Numbered from the whole stretch's first letter, positions 44,069 through 55,545 are shown. The stretch: 62,551 nt of DNA, filler included, from 18 parts of 18 records of this genome joined end to end with filler, not necessarily neighbours in it, one strand, 5' to 3'. Translations and numbers: made by a program. Notes: generated by a model from the sequence alone, not told the origin.

Positions 44069-44095
44069 TTGGAGTTTCTAAGTGGGCAGAGTGTA
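44069..44095 (-). repeat. 27-bp dispersed intergenic repeat, copy 4
   Basis: TACACTCTGCCCACTTAGAAACTCCAA, 2 nt from the nusA stop. Confidence 0.75.
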
Positions 44096-44097
44096 TA

Positions 44098-45348
44098 CTA
44101 TCTTTCAAATTCTTCTTTTAATACTTTTTGAACGTCTAAAATGGTTTCTTCTTCTAAATCGGTTCTTTTTACTAGTTCTTCAACTTCCGTATCTAAGATA
44201 CTTCTAGCAGTATCTAAACCTATTTTCTTGAATTCTAGAATTACCCACTCTTCAATTTCGTCAGAGAATTCTGTCAACTCTATATCTTCATCTTCTATTC
44301 CTTCTCTTTGTACGTCAATTTCAAAACCCGTTAACTCACTCGCCAAACGAATATTTACACCGCCTCTACCAATTGCTCTTGAGACTTCTTCGGGTTTTAA
44401 AAACACATCTACCCTCCCTTTTTTACCTTCTTTAGGTTCTTGCTTGATATTCATAGAAACTATTTTAGCAGGACTCAACGCTCTGGCAATAAATAAGGTT
44501 GCGTTTTTTGTATAATTAATGACATCTATATTTTCATTTCCTAATTCACGAACAATTCCGTGGATTCTAGAACCTTTCATTCCAACACAAGCACCTACAG
44601 GGTCAATTCTGTCATCATAAGAATCTACCGCTACTTTTGCTTTTTCACCAGGAATTCTGGCAACACCTTCAATAGTAATCAAACCATCAAAAACTTCAGG
44701 AATTTCTTGTTCAAATAGTTTTGTTAGGAATTCAGGTGCGGTTCTAGATAAAATAATAATGGGCTTGTTACCCCTAAGTTCTACACTTTTAATAATTCCT
44801 CTTACAGATTCGCCTTTTCTGAAGAAATCTGAACGGATTTGCTCACTTTTTGGCAATACCAATTCATTTCCTTCATCATCCAACAAAATAATTGCATTGT
44901 GTTTGATATGGTGTACTTCTGCAGAATACAAATCTCCTTCAAGTTCTTTAAACCGCTTAAAGACATTGGTACTATCATGCTCATATATTTTAGAAATCAA
45001 ATTTTGACGTAAAGCTAAAATCGCTCTTCTTCCTAATTGATGCAATTTTACCTCTTCAGATACATCTTCTCCAATTTCAAAATCGGGCTCAGTAAGTCTT
45101 GCCTCTGTTAATTCAATTTCTTCATTGTCGTCTTCTGACATTCCATCAGCAACCACCACTCTATTTCTCCAAATTTCTAAATCTCCTTTATCAGGATTGA
45201 TAATAATATCAAAGTTATCATCAGATCCAAATTTGCGTTTCAATGCTACTCTAAAGACTTCTTCAAGAATAGACATCAAGGTTACTCTGTCGATACTCTT
45301 ATTTTCTTTAAATTCTGAAAATGAATTTATTAAATCTATATTTTCCAT
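44098..45348 (-). CDS. nusA: Transcription termination/antitermination factor NusA
   Basis: S1 and KH domains: ARIPGEKAK, DPVGACVG and AIGRGGVNIRLAS. Confidence 0.99.
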   Translation of the reverse strand: MENIDLINSFSEFKENKSIDRVTLMSILEEVFRVALKRKFGSDDNFDIIINPDKGDLEIWRNRVVVADGMSEDDNEEIELTEARLTEPDFEIGEDVSEEVKLHQLGRRAILALRQNLISKIYEHDSTNVFKRFKELEGDLYSAEVHHIKHNAIILLDDEGNELVLPKSEQIRSDFFRKGESVRGIIKSVELRGNKPIIILSRTAPEFLTKLFEQEIPEVFDGLITIEGVARIPGEKAKVAVDSYDDRIDPVGACVGMKGSRIHGIVRELGNENIDVINYTKNATLFIARALSPAKIVSMNIKQEPKEGKKGRVDVFLKPEEVSRAIGRGGVNIRLASELTGFEIDVQREGIEDEDIELTEFSDEIEEWVILEFKKIGLDTARSILDTEVEELVKRTDLEEETILDVQKVLKEEFER

Positions 45349-45361
45349 TTCATCCTATTAC

Positions 45362-45823
45362 TTAAAAAATTAGCTTCACTTTTGCTTCTACGATCTTATT
45401 GTACGAAATATTCTCCGTTTTTTCTACAGTTATCTTCCCTTTTCCAATTGGTTTTGGTTCTCTTGTTTTCCATTGTAATACGATAGCTTCCTCTTGAACT
45501 TCAACCAATTTTCCTTCCGTTTTTTGATTTTCTGTTTTCACAATCAATGTTCTTCCAATATTTTTCATATACTGCCGAACAACCCTCAAAGGTTTTGTAA
45601 TATCTGGTGAACTTACTTCCAAACTAAAATCTTCTTCCTCTCTGTCTAAGTTACCTTCTATGGTTCTGCTGATACGAATACACTCGTTTAAGGGAATTCC
45701 ATGATCACCATCAATAGTTATTGAGATTTTATTATCTGAAAGAAATTCCAAATCTAATAGAAACAAAGACCTGTTATCTTCTAAGGCATCTTCTACCAAC
45801 TGTTTTACGACGTCTTTGTTCAT
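45362..45823 (-). CDS. rimP: Ribosome maturation factor RimP
   Basis: LEVSSP motif. Directly upstream of nusA. Confidence 0.96.
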   Translation of the reverse strand: MNKDVVKQLVEDALEDNRSLFLLDLEFLSDNKISITIDGDHGIPLNECIRISRTIEGNLDREEEDFSLEVSSPDITKPLRVVRQYMKNIGRTLIVKTENQKTEGKLVEVQEEAIVLQWKTREPKPIGKGKITVEKTENISYNKIVEAKVKLIF

Positions 45824-45835
45824 CTTCTCGTATAA

Positions 45836-45897
45836 AAAGAGGGGACTTGTAAGTCCCCTTCATTCACAATAATCTTGATTTTTACGGTGCAAATATA
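45836..45897 (-). promoter_or_regulatory. rimP promoter (-7 TATATTTG at 45890-45897) and leader hairpin AGGGGACTT/AAGTCCCCT followed by a U-tract
   Basis: Terminator-like hairpin between the promoter and the rimP start, consistent with an attenuator in the rimP-nusA leader. Confidence 0.65.
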
Positions 45898-45960
45898 ACA
45901 ACAAAAATCCGAATGACAAAAATGAAATCAATTAACCCAGATTAAAAATCGAATTAATGA

Positions 45961-45977
45961 TATACTCCGTCCAGTTA
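45961..45977 (+). repeat. Dispersed intergenic repeat, truncated copy 5
   Basis: TATACTCCGTCCAGTTA, identical to the first 17 nt of copy 8. Confidence 0.75.
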
Positions 45978-46001
45978 TTTTTCGCTTTCTTAAGATGCTT
46001 T

Positions 46002-48275
46002 TTATTTTCTTGATTTGTTTTGTGCGTCAATTACAGCTATTGCCGCCATGTTTACCATTTCATCAACACTTGCTCCTAACTGTAAAATATGGGCTGGTTT
46101 TTTTAATCCTAAAATGATGGGACCTATGGACTCTACCCCATTTAATTCTTTGATCATTTTATAGGTAATATTTGCCGAATTTAGGTCTGGAAATATGAGT
46201 ACATTTGGTTTTTTTCCAACCAATTCTGAGAACGGAAATTTATCTTCTAACATTTCCATATTCAACGCAAAATCTACTTGCAGAGGTCCATCAACCGTTA
46301 AATTTGGATACGACCTGTGAATGATATTTACGGCTTCTTCTACTTTTTGAGCTTTTTCTGATTTAGAGGCTCCAAAATTTGAAAAAGATAACATGGCTAC
46401 CACAGGTTTGATTCCAAACATTTTAACAACGCTACTGGTCATCTGTGTAATTTTTGCTAATTGTTTGGGAGTTGGATCTATATTAACTGTAGTATCTGCT
46501 AAGAACATCGGACCTCTTTTTGTCAACATCAAATTGGTTGCGGCAATTCTGGAAACTCCATCTTGCATTCCTAAAGTATCAAATAAGGGTTTTATGGTGC
46601 TTGCATAATTTCTAGAATATCCTGTAATCATAGCGTCTGCATCTCCTTCATTAATCATCATCGATGCAAAATAATTGCGTTCCCGTAGCATTTTTCTAGC
46701 TTCTAAAAGGGTAACTCCTTTCCGTTGATTTGCTTTCCAATAAATTTCTGCATAACGATATCTACGTGCTCTTTCTTTATCGGTTTTAGGGTCAATAATC
46801 GCCACTTTTCCTTCAAAACCTATTTCTTTTTTATGGGCTAAGATCATTTCTTTATTTCCTAAAAGAATGGGAATCGCGATTCCTTCATCAGAAACAATCT
46901 GTGCCGCTTTCATCACATTCAATTGATCGGCCTCATTAAATACCAACCGTTTTGGCGCTGACTTTGCTCTGTCATGCATCATTCTCACCACTTTGTTGCC
47001 TGTCCCTAAACGCTCCATCAATTCGTTTTTGTACTTTTCCCAATCTTGAATGGGATGTTTTGCAATTCCAGAATCCATGGCGGCTTTTGCAATGGCTGGT
47101 GGAATTTCATAAATCAAACGGGGGTCAAATGGTTTTGGAATGATATAGTTTCTACCATAGGTTAAATTGGATTGTTCGTATACTAAATTTACCCGCTCTG
47201 GGACTGTCTTTTTTGCTAAATCTGCCAAAGCATATACGGCCGCTATTTTCATTGCTTCATTGATTCCAGTAGCACGTACATCCAAAGCCCCTCTAAATAT
47301 AAATGGAAATCCTAAGACGTTGTTTACTTGGTTTGGATGGTCGGAACGACCTGTTGCCATAATAATATCTTTACGGGTCTTAAGGGCTAAATTGTAGTCT
47401 ATTTCTGGTGTGGGATTTGCCATGGCAAATACAATTGGATCTTTAGCCATGGACAATAGCATTTCTGGATTGACAACATCTCCCTTAGACAAACCGATAA
47501 ACACATCTGCATTTACCATGGCTTCTTCTAAGGTATACAGGTTTTTATGGGTAGAAAATTCTGCTTTTTGAGAAGATAGGTTTTTGATATCTTTTCGGAG
47601 AACTCCTTTGCTATCACACATCACTATATTTTCTCTTTTGACACCTAAAGCCAAGTACAAACGTGTACAAGAAATTGCAGCGGCTCCTGCTCCATTGACT
47701 ACTATCTGTATTTTTTCCATTTTTTTTCCTACAATTTCAAGGGCATTTTTTAATGCGGCGGCAGAGATAATAGCCGTACCATGTTGATCGTCATGCATTA
47801 CAGGAATATCCAATTCTTCTTTTAGGCGTTGCTCTATTTCAAAAGCTTCTGGTGCTTTGATATCTTCCAAATTAATTCCTCCAAAAGTTGGAGCAATTGC
47901 TTTTACTGTTTCTACAAATTTGTCTACTTCTGTAACGTTTATTTCAATATCAAAAACATCAATATCTGCAAAGATTTTAAATAACAACCCTTTTCCTTCC
48001 ATTACGGGTTTTGAGGCTTCTGGACCTATATCTCCCAATCCTAAAACGGCAGTTCCGTTTGAGATTACGGCAACCAAATTCCCTTTTGAGGTGTATTTGT
48101 ATACGTTTTTTATGTCTTTTGCAATTTCTAAACAAGGTTCTGCTACACCTGGGGAATAGGCTAAAGATAAATCTCTATGACTTGCATATTTTTTGGTGGG
48201 GACTACTTTTATTTTTCCAGGTATCGGTTTTGCGTGGTATAATAACGCTTCTCTTCTTTTTCTTGATTTAGACAT
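46002..48275 (-). CDS. maeB: NADP-dependent malic enzyme with PTA-like C-terminal domain
   Basis: [31 protein letters not shown] and TGRSD.PNQVNN. Promoter TATATTTG at 48302-48309. Confidence 0.98.
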   Translation of the reverse strand: MSKSRKRREALLYHAKPIPGKIKVVPTKKYASHRDLSLAYSPGVAEPCLEIAKDIKNVYKYTSKGNLVAVISNGTAVLGLGDIGPEASKPVMEGKGLLFKIFADIDVFDIEINVTEVDKFVETVKAIAPTFGGINLEDIKAPEAFEIEQRLKEELDIPVMHDDQHGTAIISAAALKNALEIVGKKMEKIQIVVNGAGAAAISCTRLYLALGVKRENIVMCDSKGVLRKDIKNLSSQKAEFSTHKNLYTLEEAMVNADVFIGLSKGDVVNPEMLLSMAKDPIVFAMANPTPEIDYNLALKTRKDIIMATGRSDHPNQVNNVLGFPFIFRGALDVRATGINEAMKIAAVYALADLAKKTVPERVNLVYEQSNLTYGRNYIIPKPFDPRLIYEIPPAIAKAAMDSGIAKHPIQDWEKYKNELMERLGTGNKVVRMMHDRAKSAPKRLVFNEADQLNVMKAAQIVSDEGIAIPILLGNKEMILAHKKEIGFEGKVAIIDPKTDKERARRYRYAEIYWKANQRKGVTLLEARKMLRERNYFASMMINEGDADAMITGYSRNYASTIKPLFDTLGMQDGVSRIAATNLMLTKRGPMFLADTTVNIDPTPKQLAKITQMTSSVVKMFGIKPVVAMLSFSNFGASKSEKAQKVEEAVNIIHRSYPNLTVDGPLQVDFALNMEMLEDKFPFSELVGKKPNVLIFPDLNSANITYKMIKELNGVESIGPIILGLKKPAHILQLGASVDEMVNMAAIAVIDAQNKSRK

Positions 48276-48466
48276 GCTTTATTATTTCAAGTTTTAACTA
48301 ACAAATATACTCAAAATGGATAGGTTTTCGAAGAGTTTGAGAAATTTACATTTTTTTTTAGAGAATTCAAGACCTTTGCCTGGTAATCTTGTAAAAGATA
48401 GGGGGGGGTAACCTCTTGTTTTGTCAACTTCACTTGTTATACCAATTAAATTTCAAATTTTTCCAA

Positions 48467-48493
48467 TATACTCCACCCAGTTAGAAACCTGAA
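48467..48493 (+). repeat. 27-bp dispersed intergenic repeat, copy 6
   Basis: TATACTCCACCCAGTTAGAAACCTGAA. Confidence 0.85.
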
Positions 48494-48694
48494 TTTTTAT
48501 TGTCATGCAGTCGAGTTGTCTTGCAGTCTTTTGGCTTTTGACTTGNNNNNNNNNNNNNNNNNNNNNNNNNNNNNNNNNNNNNNNNNNNNTTAATTAATTA
48601 ANNNNNNNNNNNNNNNNNNNNNNNNNNNNNNNNNNNNNNNNNNNNACAAAAGCTCCCTAGGAGCGAAATCTTATCTATAAGGAATTGAGTATAG

Positions 48695-48727
48695 AAACCC
48701 AGCAAGTTTAGAAGACCTGCTAGGTTT
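48695..48727. repeat. REP-like palindrome
   Basis: AAACCCAGCAAGT-TTAGAAG-ACCTGCTAGGTTT imperfect hairpin, next to a second small palindrome GCTCCCTAGGAGC. Confidence 0.6.
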
Positions 48728-48828
48728 TAGTTACATACTCCAACTTAATGACATTGGCTTATAGCTTCTTAACTTTTCAAAACTATAAATTGACTAAATT
48801 CTCCAAAAATGGAGTTGAAGGAATCTCT

Positions 48829-49932
48829 TTAATGGAGTTCAAAATGAATCTTATCAAACTCTTTTCCATTGATAATTATTGACAACTGATGTTTTCCAAA
48901 ATACAATTTTCTTGTGGTGATTATTTTAAAAGGTTGTTTCCTATTAATGGTTGTTATTGAGTTTGCAGGATATGTTTTTTCACTTATTTTAAACACTTTT
49001 TTTGATAAATGACCCTTTGATTTTTGGTAATAAAGTCCATATTCCAATCTTATTTTTAAAGCAGCATCACAAGTATTTAAGATTTTGAAAGTAAATTCTA
49101 AATTTCCTCCTATTTTAACCTTAGGCGTTAGAATTTGAAAGTTATCAATTTTAACCTTATCAACAGAACCAAAACCAAATAACTCCATTACTTCTAAGTT
49201 CCCTTGTTTTAAAAGTGTTCTACAAGCGTGTTTAACAAGCCAATCGGTTTCCTTAGTTGCTCCATACCAATTTTTTGCAAGATTTATAACGATATTAGGA
49301 TTGTCTTTTGAAATATCATTCAAATTATTAGCCACACTTTTTCTAACAGATTCAGATTCGTCATTTTTTAAATACTCCAAAATAGGGATTATGGGATCCG
49401 GATTGTTTTTTAGTGATGGAATTGCCATCGCCCAAGGCAATCTTGGTCTGCAACCTTCTGAAGAAAGTCGCCTAACCATTGGATGTTTATGTTTCGACCA
49501 AACCTGCATTTGTTTTATCATTTTGCTTTGATACTTTATAATAAAAGGTCGGACAGCAAATTCACAACTGGTGAATTTTGTGATTTCTTCAAAAGCTTTG
49601 ACAGACGTTTTGTAGTCTTCTATTCCATAGACTTCTATAAAATCAGGGAAAAACATAAACTCAATGCTTTCCTCTTTGATCCCCTTTTTTTGGAATTGTT
49701 GAATGATTCTTAAGATTGTAGTCACATTCTCATTATAATCTACAGATAAGTGGCTTTTTAACACAATGGATATATGCCTCATTCGTTGCTTTAATTCTTT
49801 ATGCTCCCAGGCATCGCCATAGAACTGTTTTAAAAACAAATTTTCATCAAAATCTAATTGAACTTGCTTTAGAACACTTATAAAATTCTCGAAGAATTGT
49901 GGATTATAAATATTTTTAAATAATGCAGCCAT
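48829..49932 (-). CDS. HEAT-like-repeat DNA alkylation repair glycosylase (AlkC-like)
   Basis: ELKQR, CEFAVRPF, VRRLSSEGCRPRLPWA and VRKSVANNLNDISK, plus a C-terminal Ig-like domain. Confidence 0.88.
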   Translation of the reverse strand: MAALFKNIYNPQFFENFISVLKQVQLDFDENLFLKQFYGDAWEHKELKQRMRHISIVLKSHLSVDYNENVTTILRIIQQFQKKGIKEESIEFMFFPDFIEVYGIEDYKTSVKAFEEITKFTSCEFAVRPFIIKYQSKMIKQMQVWSKHKHPMVRRLSSEGCRPRLPWAMAIPSLKNNPDPIIPILEYLKNDESESVRKSVANNLNDISKDNPNIVINLAKNWYGATKETDWLVKHACRTLLKQGNLEVMELFGFGSVDKVKIDNFQILTPKVKIGGNLEFTFKILNTCDAALKIRLEYGLYYQKSKGHLSKKVFKISEKTYPANSITTINRKQPFKIITTRKLYFGKHQLSIIINGKEFDKIHFELH

Positions 49933-49982
49933 ATTTGTAATATTTTTTTATGAAGTTGGCAGCAAAAAGAGAGGCATAAAAA

Positions 49983-50009
49983 TTCGGATTTCTAAGGAGG
50001 CGGAGTATA
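49983..50009 (-). repeat. 27-bp dispersed intergenic repeat, copy 7
   Basis: TATACTCCGCCTCCTTAGAAATCCGAA. Confidence 0.85.
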
Positions 50010-50030
50010 TCCTAAAAGATTCAACAGCCA

Positions 50031-52604
50031 TCAAAACAAAGTTGGTTGAGAATTATCCTCCTTAGAAACCTCCTCTTCGTTTACTTCAATTTCATCCAAA
50101 ACAGGTGCTGTATAAGGTTTGGGTTTTAATAGATTTACCTGTTTGATCTTTTCGGTCGACAATTGATTTCCGATTGCTTTGATTCCTTTGACGGCAATAA
50201 ATTCTTCAAAATCGATGACAAGCGAATCTAAACCACGTTTAGAAAAGATCACTTCTGCATTGGGTCTGTAACTGGTTGCTACAAGCTCCAATTGTGATTT
50301 TGGATGTTCTGTAATAAAACGTTCCTCTTTTTCAGGATGGTCTATCATAAAACGTTTTACATAATAGCGTGCTTTTTCACCTTCAAAATAAACAGCCGAA
50401 ATCGGTTTCATCGGATCCCATTTTTCCAAAACAATCATATCCTCTTCAAAATGATAATTCAAAGCAGGTGTAATGGTTTTTGCCATTCCAGATTGTGTCA
50501 AAATTAACAATTTATCTGAGGCTGTAAATTCTCCCAACAACTCCCCTCTTCCATCTACATTCAAACGCTGTACAGTATCATCAAACCAAATTTTACGAGG
50601 TTTTAAAGTCGAAACACCTGCCGATTTAAAGTCAATTTTCTTAATCGGGAATTTGGTGACCAAGTTTCCTTTAGAACTACGACCTTTAATGATCAAATCA
50701 GAAAAATCAACCTCCCATTTTAATTTTTTAATCCTGCCCATAGCCCGTAAACTTACGGTTACAACTTCCGCCTCACCATTGGGATTCGCTGTAAAATAAT
50801 GCACTGTAGAACCTTTGTTTCCAGCGGTTAACAGGTATTCTTTATCACGCATAACACCCGTTATTGTAAAACGTTTCCTATAGCTCGATCCCGATTTTCC
50901 ATCACGATACATCATGTTATAAACGGTACGTTTGTCATTTTTTTTAAAAAGGGCAATGTGAATGATCTCTTTTCCCACAAATGTTTTGGAAGCCACTTTG
51001 GTAATTAAAAAACTTCCCTCCTTTCTAAAGACAATCACATCATCGATATCTGCACAATCTGTAATATATTCATCTCTCTTTAAGGAAGTTCCTAGAAAAC
51101 CTTCTGCTCTATTTACATACAATTTGGTATTTCGCATGACTACTTTGGTGGCAACGATATCGTCAAAAATTCTGATTTCTGTTTTGCGTTCTTTTCCTTT
51201 TCCATATTTTTCTTTCAGACGTTTAAAATACGCAATGGCAAACTCGATTAAGTTTGCCAAATGATTTTTTACCGTTGTTATTTTAGCTTCCAAAGATTCA
51301 ATCAACAAATTGACTTTGTCGATATCGAATTTTGAGATTTTTTTGATTCTAATTTCTGTCAAGCGAATAAGATCCTCTTCAGTAACCTTCCGTTTTAGCT
51401 GTTTTGTAAACGGTTGCAATCCTAAGTCGATGGCTTTAAGAACTCCCTCCCAAGTTTCCACTTCCTCAATATCTCGGTAAATTCTATTTTCAATAAAAAT
51501 ACGTTCCAAAGAAACAAAATGCCATTGTTCTTCCAATTCTGTCAATTGAATTTCTAGTTCTTGTTTCAACAAATCTACGGTACGATCTGTAGAGATTTTC
51601 AACAATTCAGAAACTCCTATAAAAATGGGTTTTTGATTTTTAATAATACAACTTAAAGGTGAAATAGAGCTTTCACAATTGGTAAATGCATAGAGCGCAT
51701 CAATGGTTTTGTCTGGCGAAACATGAGGGGGAAGATGAATCAAGATCTCTACTTCTGCAGCGGTATTGTCTTCTATTTTTTTAATTTTTATTTTGCCTTT
51801 GTCATTCGCTTTTAAGATAGAATCTATCAAAGAAGAAGTGGTAGTTCCAAACGGAATCTCATTGATAACTAAAGTCTTTTTATCTAATTGGTTGATTCTT
51901 GCACGTATACGTACCTTTCCGCCTCTTTTGCCCTCATTATAATTGGTAAAATCTGCAATGCCTCCCGTCAAGAAATCAGGGACAACTTTAAAACTTCTGC
52001 CTTTTAGATGTTTGATAGAAGCGTCTATCAATTCTATAAAGTTATGAGGCAATATTTTGGTCGACAAACCTACCGCAATGCCTTCTGCCCCTTGTACTAA
52101 TAAAAGCGGAAATTTTACAGGTAAATGAATGGGTTCTTTTCTTCTTCCGTCGTAAGAAGCCTGCCAATGCGTAGTTTTTGGATTGAAAAGAACTTCCGTA
52201 GCAAATTTAGAAAGACGTGCTTCAATATAACGAGAAGCTGCGGCACGATCACCCGTTAGGATATTTCCCCAGTTTCCTTGCATATCTATAAGCAATTCTT
52301 TTTGTCCAAGTTGTACCAGGGCATCTCCAATAGAAGCATCTCCATGCGGATGATATTGCATCGTATGCCCTACAAGATTTGCTACTTTGTTGTAACGCCC
52401 ATCATCCAAATCTTTCATGGATTGCATGATACGGCGTTGCACGGGTTTAAAACCATCCTCCAAAGCGGGAATAGCTCTTTCTAAAATAACATACGAAGCA
52501 TAATCTAAAAACCATTCCTTATACATTCCCGTAACTTTCTTGAGAGTTTCTTGAGGTTGATTTTCTTCTGTTCTATTTACTTCTGGATCGTTTTCTTCTT
52601 GCAT
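50031..52604 (-). CDS. parC: DNA topoisomerase IV subunit A (Bacteroidota type)
   Basis: DGFKPVQRR, YHPHGDAS and AASRYIEARL (catalytic Tyr). Confidence 0.93.
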   Translation of the reverse strand: MQEENDPEVNRTEENQPQETLKKVTGMYKEWFLDYASYVILERAIPALEDGFKPVQRRIMQSMKDLDDGRYNKVANLVGHTMQYHPHGDASIGDALVQLGQKELLIDMQGNWGNILTGDRAAASRYIEARLSKFATEVLFNPKTTHWQASYDGRRKEPIHLPVKFPLLLVQGAEGIAVGLSTKILPHNFIELIDASIKHLKGRSFKVVPDFLTGGIADFTNYNEGKRGGKVRIRARINQLDKKTLVINEIPFGTTTSSLIDSILKANDKGKIKIKKIEDNTAAEVEILIHLPPHVSPDKTIDALYAFTNCESSISPLSCIIKNQKPIFIGVSELLKISTDRTVDLLKQELEIQLTELEEQWHFVSLERIFIENRIYRDIEEVETWEGVLKAIDLGLQPFTKQLKRKVTEEDLIRLTEIRIKKISKFDIDKVNLLIESLEAKITTVKNHLANLIEFAIAYFKRLKEKYGKGKERKTEIRIFDDIVATKVVMRNTKLYVNRAEGFLGTSLKRDEYITDCADIDDVIVFRKEGSFLITKVASKTFVGKEIIHIALFKKNDKRTVYNMMYRDGKSGSSYRKRFTITGVMRDKEYLLTAGNKGSTVHYFTANPNGEAEVVTVSLRAMGRIKKLKWEVDFSDLIIKGRSSKGNLVTKFPIKKIDFKSAGVSTLKPRKIWFDDTVQRLNVDGRGELLGEFTASDKLLILTQSGMAKTITPALNYHFEEDMIVLEKWDPMKPISAVYFEGEKARYYVKRFMIDHPEKEERFITEHPKSQLELVATSYRPNAEVIFSKRGLDSLVIDFEEFIAVKGIKAIGNQLSTEKIKQVNLLKPKPYTAPVLDEIEVNEEEVSKEDNSQPTLF

Positions 52605-52679
52605 TGTTGTTCTTATTGTTGAATCGTTGAATTGTGTAACTGTTTTACAAAAAATAGTTTAATTCTTTCCTTCATCAAT

Positions 52680-52706
52680 TTCAGGTTTCTAACTGGACGG
52701 AGTATA
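52680..52706 (-). repeat. 27-bp dispersed intergenic repeat, copy 8
   Basis: TATACTCCGTCCAGTTAGAAACCTGAA. Confidence 0.85.
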
Positions 52707-52723
52707 CATTCTCAATTCGTATA

Positions 52724-52987
52724 TCATTCTCTATCTTTGGTGTAAAATTCTTTTCCTACTCGTTTGATATGTGCTATTAAATCTGGGTTGTCTATTTGCT
52801 TAAGGATAGAGATATCAAAAGAATACGGTAAAAGTAAATCATCAATCTCATTTTCTATTTTAAGTAGTGTAGGCAACTTTATTTCATCACTCACAATGGT
52901 TAAATCTATATCTGAACCCTTTTTATAATTTCCTTTTGCTCTTGAACCATATAGGATCACTTTTTCAATTTGTTTGTATTTTGTAAA
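52724..52987 (-). CDS. Minimal nucleotidyltransferase (MNT/MntA-like antitoxin), 5'-truncated
   Basis: ILYGSRAKG...GSDIDL...LPYSFD (GS-x10-DxD). Confidence 0.9.
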   Translation of the reverse strand, partial: FTKYKQIEKVILYGSRAKGNYKKGSDIDLTIVSDEIKLPTLLKIENEIDDLLLPYSFDISILKQIDNPDLIAHIKRVGKEFYTKDRE

Positions 52988-55545
52988 NNNNNNNNNNNNN
53001 NNNNNNNNNNNNNNNNNNNNNNNNNNNNNNNTTAATTAATTAANNNNNNNNNNNNNNNNNNNNNNNNNNNNNNNNNNNNNNNNNNNNATGGACACTATAG
53101 ATTTTACACCTAATATGGTACATGTTTTCATCAAATAACACATGTTCCCCTTAGAAAAAAGAAAATTTGTGAAACTGAAATGTGAAATAATCACCCACCG
53201 CATTTGAACTTCGAAATTTCAGACGCTTGTAGGGTGGGTTGTGTTGATGATGGGTTATTCATTGAAAAATACTACACTGGGATTGATTGTATTTCTGCTT
53301 GAAAGAGATTTTTCTTCGAAAAATTTTGGCAATCCACACACGCATTTTCTTTCATTTCATAAACTTGTAAAAAATATTTCCCTCCGAAATTGCCACAGTA
53401 GACTGAAACAACTGTGTTCCTAACGAAGTTTTAATTATGCCTGGTGGATATTAAGGTTGCTCTATTCATGCTGAAAAATTGCGGAGGACAAATTGAATCA
53501 CCAATCTTGGCTCGAAACTTAATTACAACGGAGGCTATTAACCTCAAATTTGGATGCCCGTAACAACGTAAGAAAACATTTTTACATCTATGGCAGCATA
53601 ATTCGGCGCCTTTCATTTTTATGTGCGATTTTTTCAATATGTTTTCAAATTAAGCATTCCCCAGGCACCAATATGTTTGGCGCATTTTGTGGTGTTCTCA
53701 AAACGTTGGACCAAAGTACAGGTGCAAAGTAGTGGTCGACCCAAATTCACTTTTCTTGTGCGCAAACCCAAAACTTATCGTGTACCTCCTGGCCTAATCG
53801 GCTTGGTGTTTTTCTGGCAAATCTACATTCGTTTATTCCAAAGTATGAAGATTTCTATGGGACCAGAAATTAAACTTTAGAGCACCGAAAAGAACTGTCT
53901 CTCTAAAGACTCTTTTGTTATCCCAGAGGACTCAAATGTAATCGGTCAATAAACGGTTATTTAACATTATCGAGCATACTTCCTTGTCAAAAGAAGCGAG
54001 ACTTTTTTATCCTCGGACGTAGAGTAGTGAGTTTCTGACCATTTTTGGGCAAATTGTGGGGTTTAGTGGTGCTTTTTCCAATGAAACGAAGTCAGGTGCT
54101 TGATCTCTTATAAAGCGGCTTTTTCCAAAGCAGCTTGGTGCCTTGTTTGCGCAGTGCTTTGTTTCGCCGTGCTTTGCTCTCCACAATTTATAGCCAGGTT
54201 TGTCCTGCATTTGTAACTCGCTTGCAATCAAACACGGAGTTTGCGTCTTACAGTTCGCGATGGTGCACATTCGAAAAATGAATTTTCGTATTTTTAATTT
54301 CCATTCCATTATGAATCTTTTTACAAATGAGTCAACAATTGATTGCTACCCTGCAGCTATAGTGAAATGTGTCTTCGCCAAGTGTGATAAGAGACTGCAG
54401 TCTGGAGCCAATTGAACACAAAATTACAATTCGTCCGCCGTCCTCTGCCAGAAAAAGATGATCCGTGTGTCAATTTAAGACAGAAAAAAAACCTCGTTTT
54501 GTAGTGCGCTGTTTCATTTTTTTTCTCATTTAGAAACATTTCTCAACTAGTTTAAAAGTTTTTAGACAAAGGGAGTTCAAACGAATCTCTCCAAGACCCA
54601 TAATGACAATTGTGCATGCAAAACTGAGACAACAAACGAAAACGAAAGCTGCTACAAGACACATTGGTCACACACCTTCAAGGAACCTTCAAGGAAAATG
54701 TTTATGGGGCCAAATTTGTCTAAAGCAGGGGAAAGAGGGTGCCAGAGCTTTTTGAGCTGTTTACAAACACGATTTTGAGATTTCGATTTGAGTTGCCAGT
54801 TTTTCAATATCTGATTTAAAAAAACTTTGAAGGCTCTTGTAGACCAGACAACCCACCAAAGTATTAATGCAAATTAGTGTCCAACTGAAAATCGTACTTC
54901 AACCTTTAGCGTGCCTGCGATTGTCCATCAAATCAGGTTTACGTTAATTTGGTAATTGTTTTGAAAATATATGTTGAATAACATTGGCCTTTTTCAGGGT
55001 TCACCCAAAATTTTCCACGGGTATATACCAACACCCTCCCAACACACCACCACAACCCACCTCCCTTTCCCTCAAGGTCTCAAAATATGACGAATAATTT
55101 TCATACCGTTTAGGTTTCTTTTATTTTTCCTGAAAAAAGTAGTGAGTGATTNNNNNNNNNNNNNNNNNNNNNNNNNNNNNNNNNNNNNNNNNNNNTTAAT
55201 TAATTAANNNNNNNNNNNNNNNNNNNNNNNNNNNNNNNNNNNNNNNNNNNNAAGGAATTTTAAAACTATTATTTTCAGTTATTTTGCTTGTTCTATTAAA
55301 AATTTAGTGGGAACAAGTTGAATAAAAAAAAATATTACTGGGAGAAAGGTTTGTGATATTTCGCTTTCAGATGTGAAACCGTTTCATGAAAACTTATTAA
55401 GTATGACAAAAAAAACTATTTTTCTTAAAATTTGAGAGCGTCAATTTTCCTTGGAAATATTATGAAAAACATGTCATTACGAAGACTTTGGTGTAATGTG
55501 ATGTAGCAATTTCTTATCCTATTTTTATGTTATTCATTTGTGTAG

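Noticed and set aside
44141..52484. Many short plus-strand ORFs opposite nusA, maeB, alkC and parC
   Set aside because: Antisense shadows of well-supported genes.
53623..54309. THAP-like or zinc-finger transposase remnants (ICLAHF; CTIANC)
   Set aside because: Only 4-6 residue motifs on opposite strands; I could not build a phase-consistent model or find a DDE domain.
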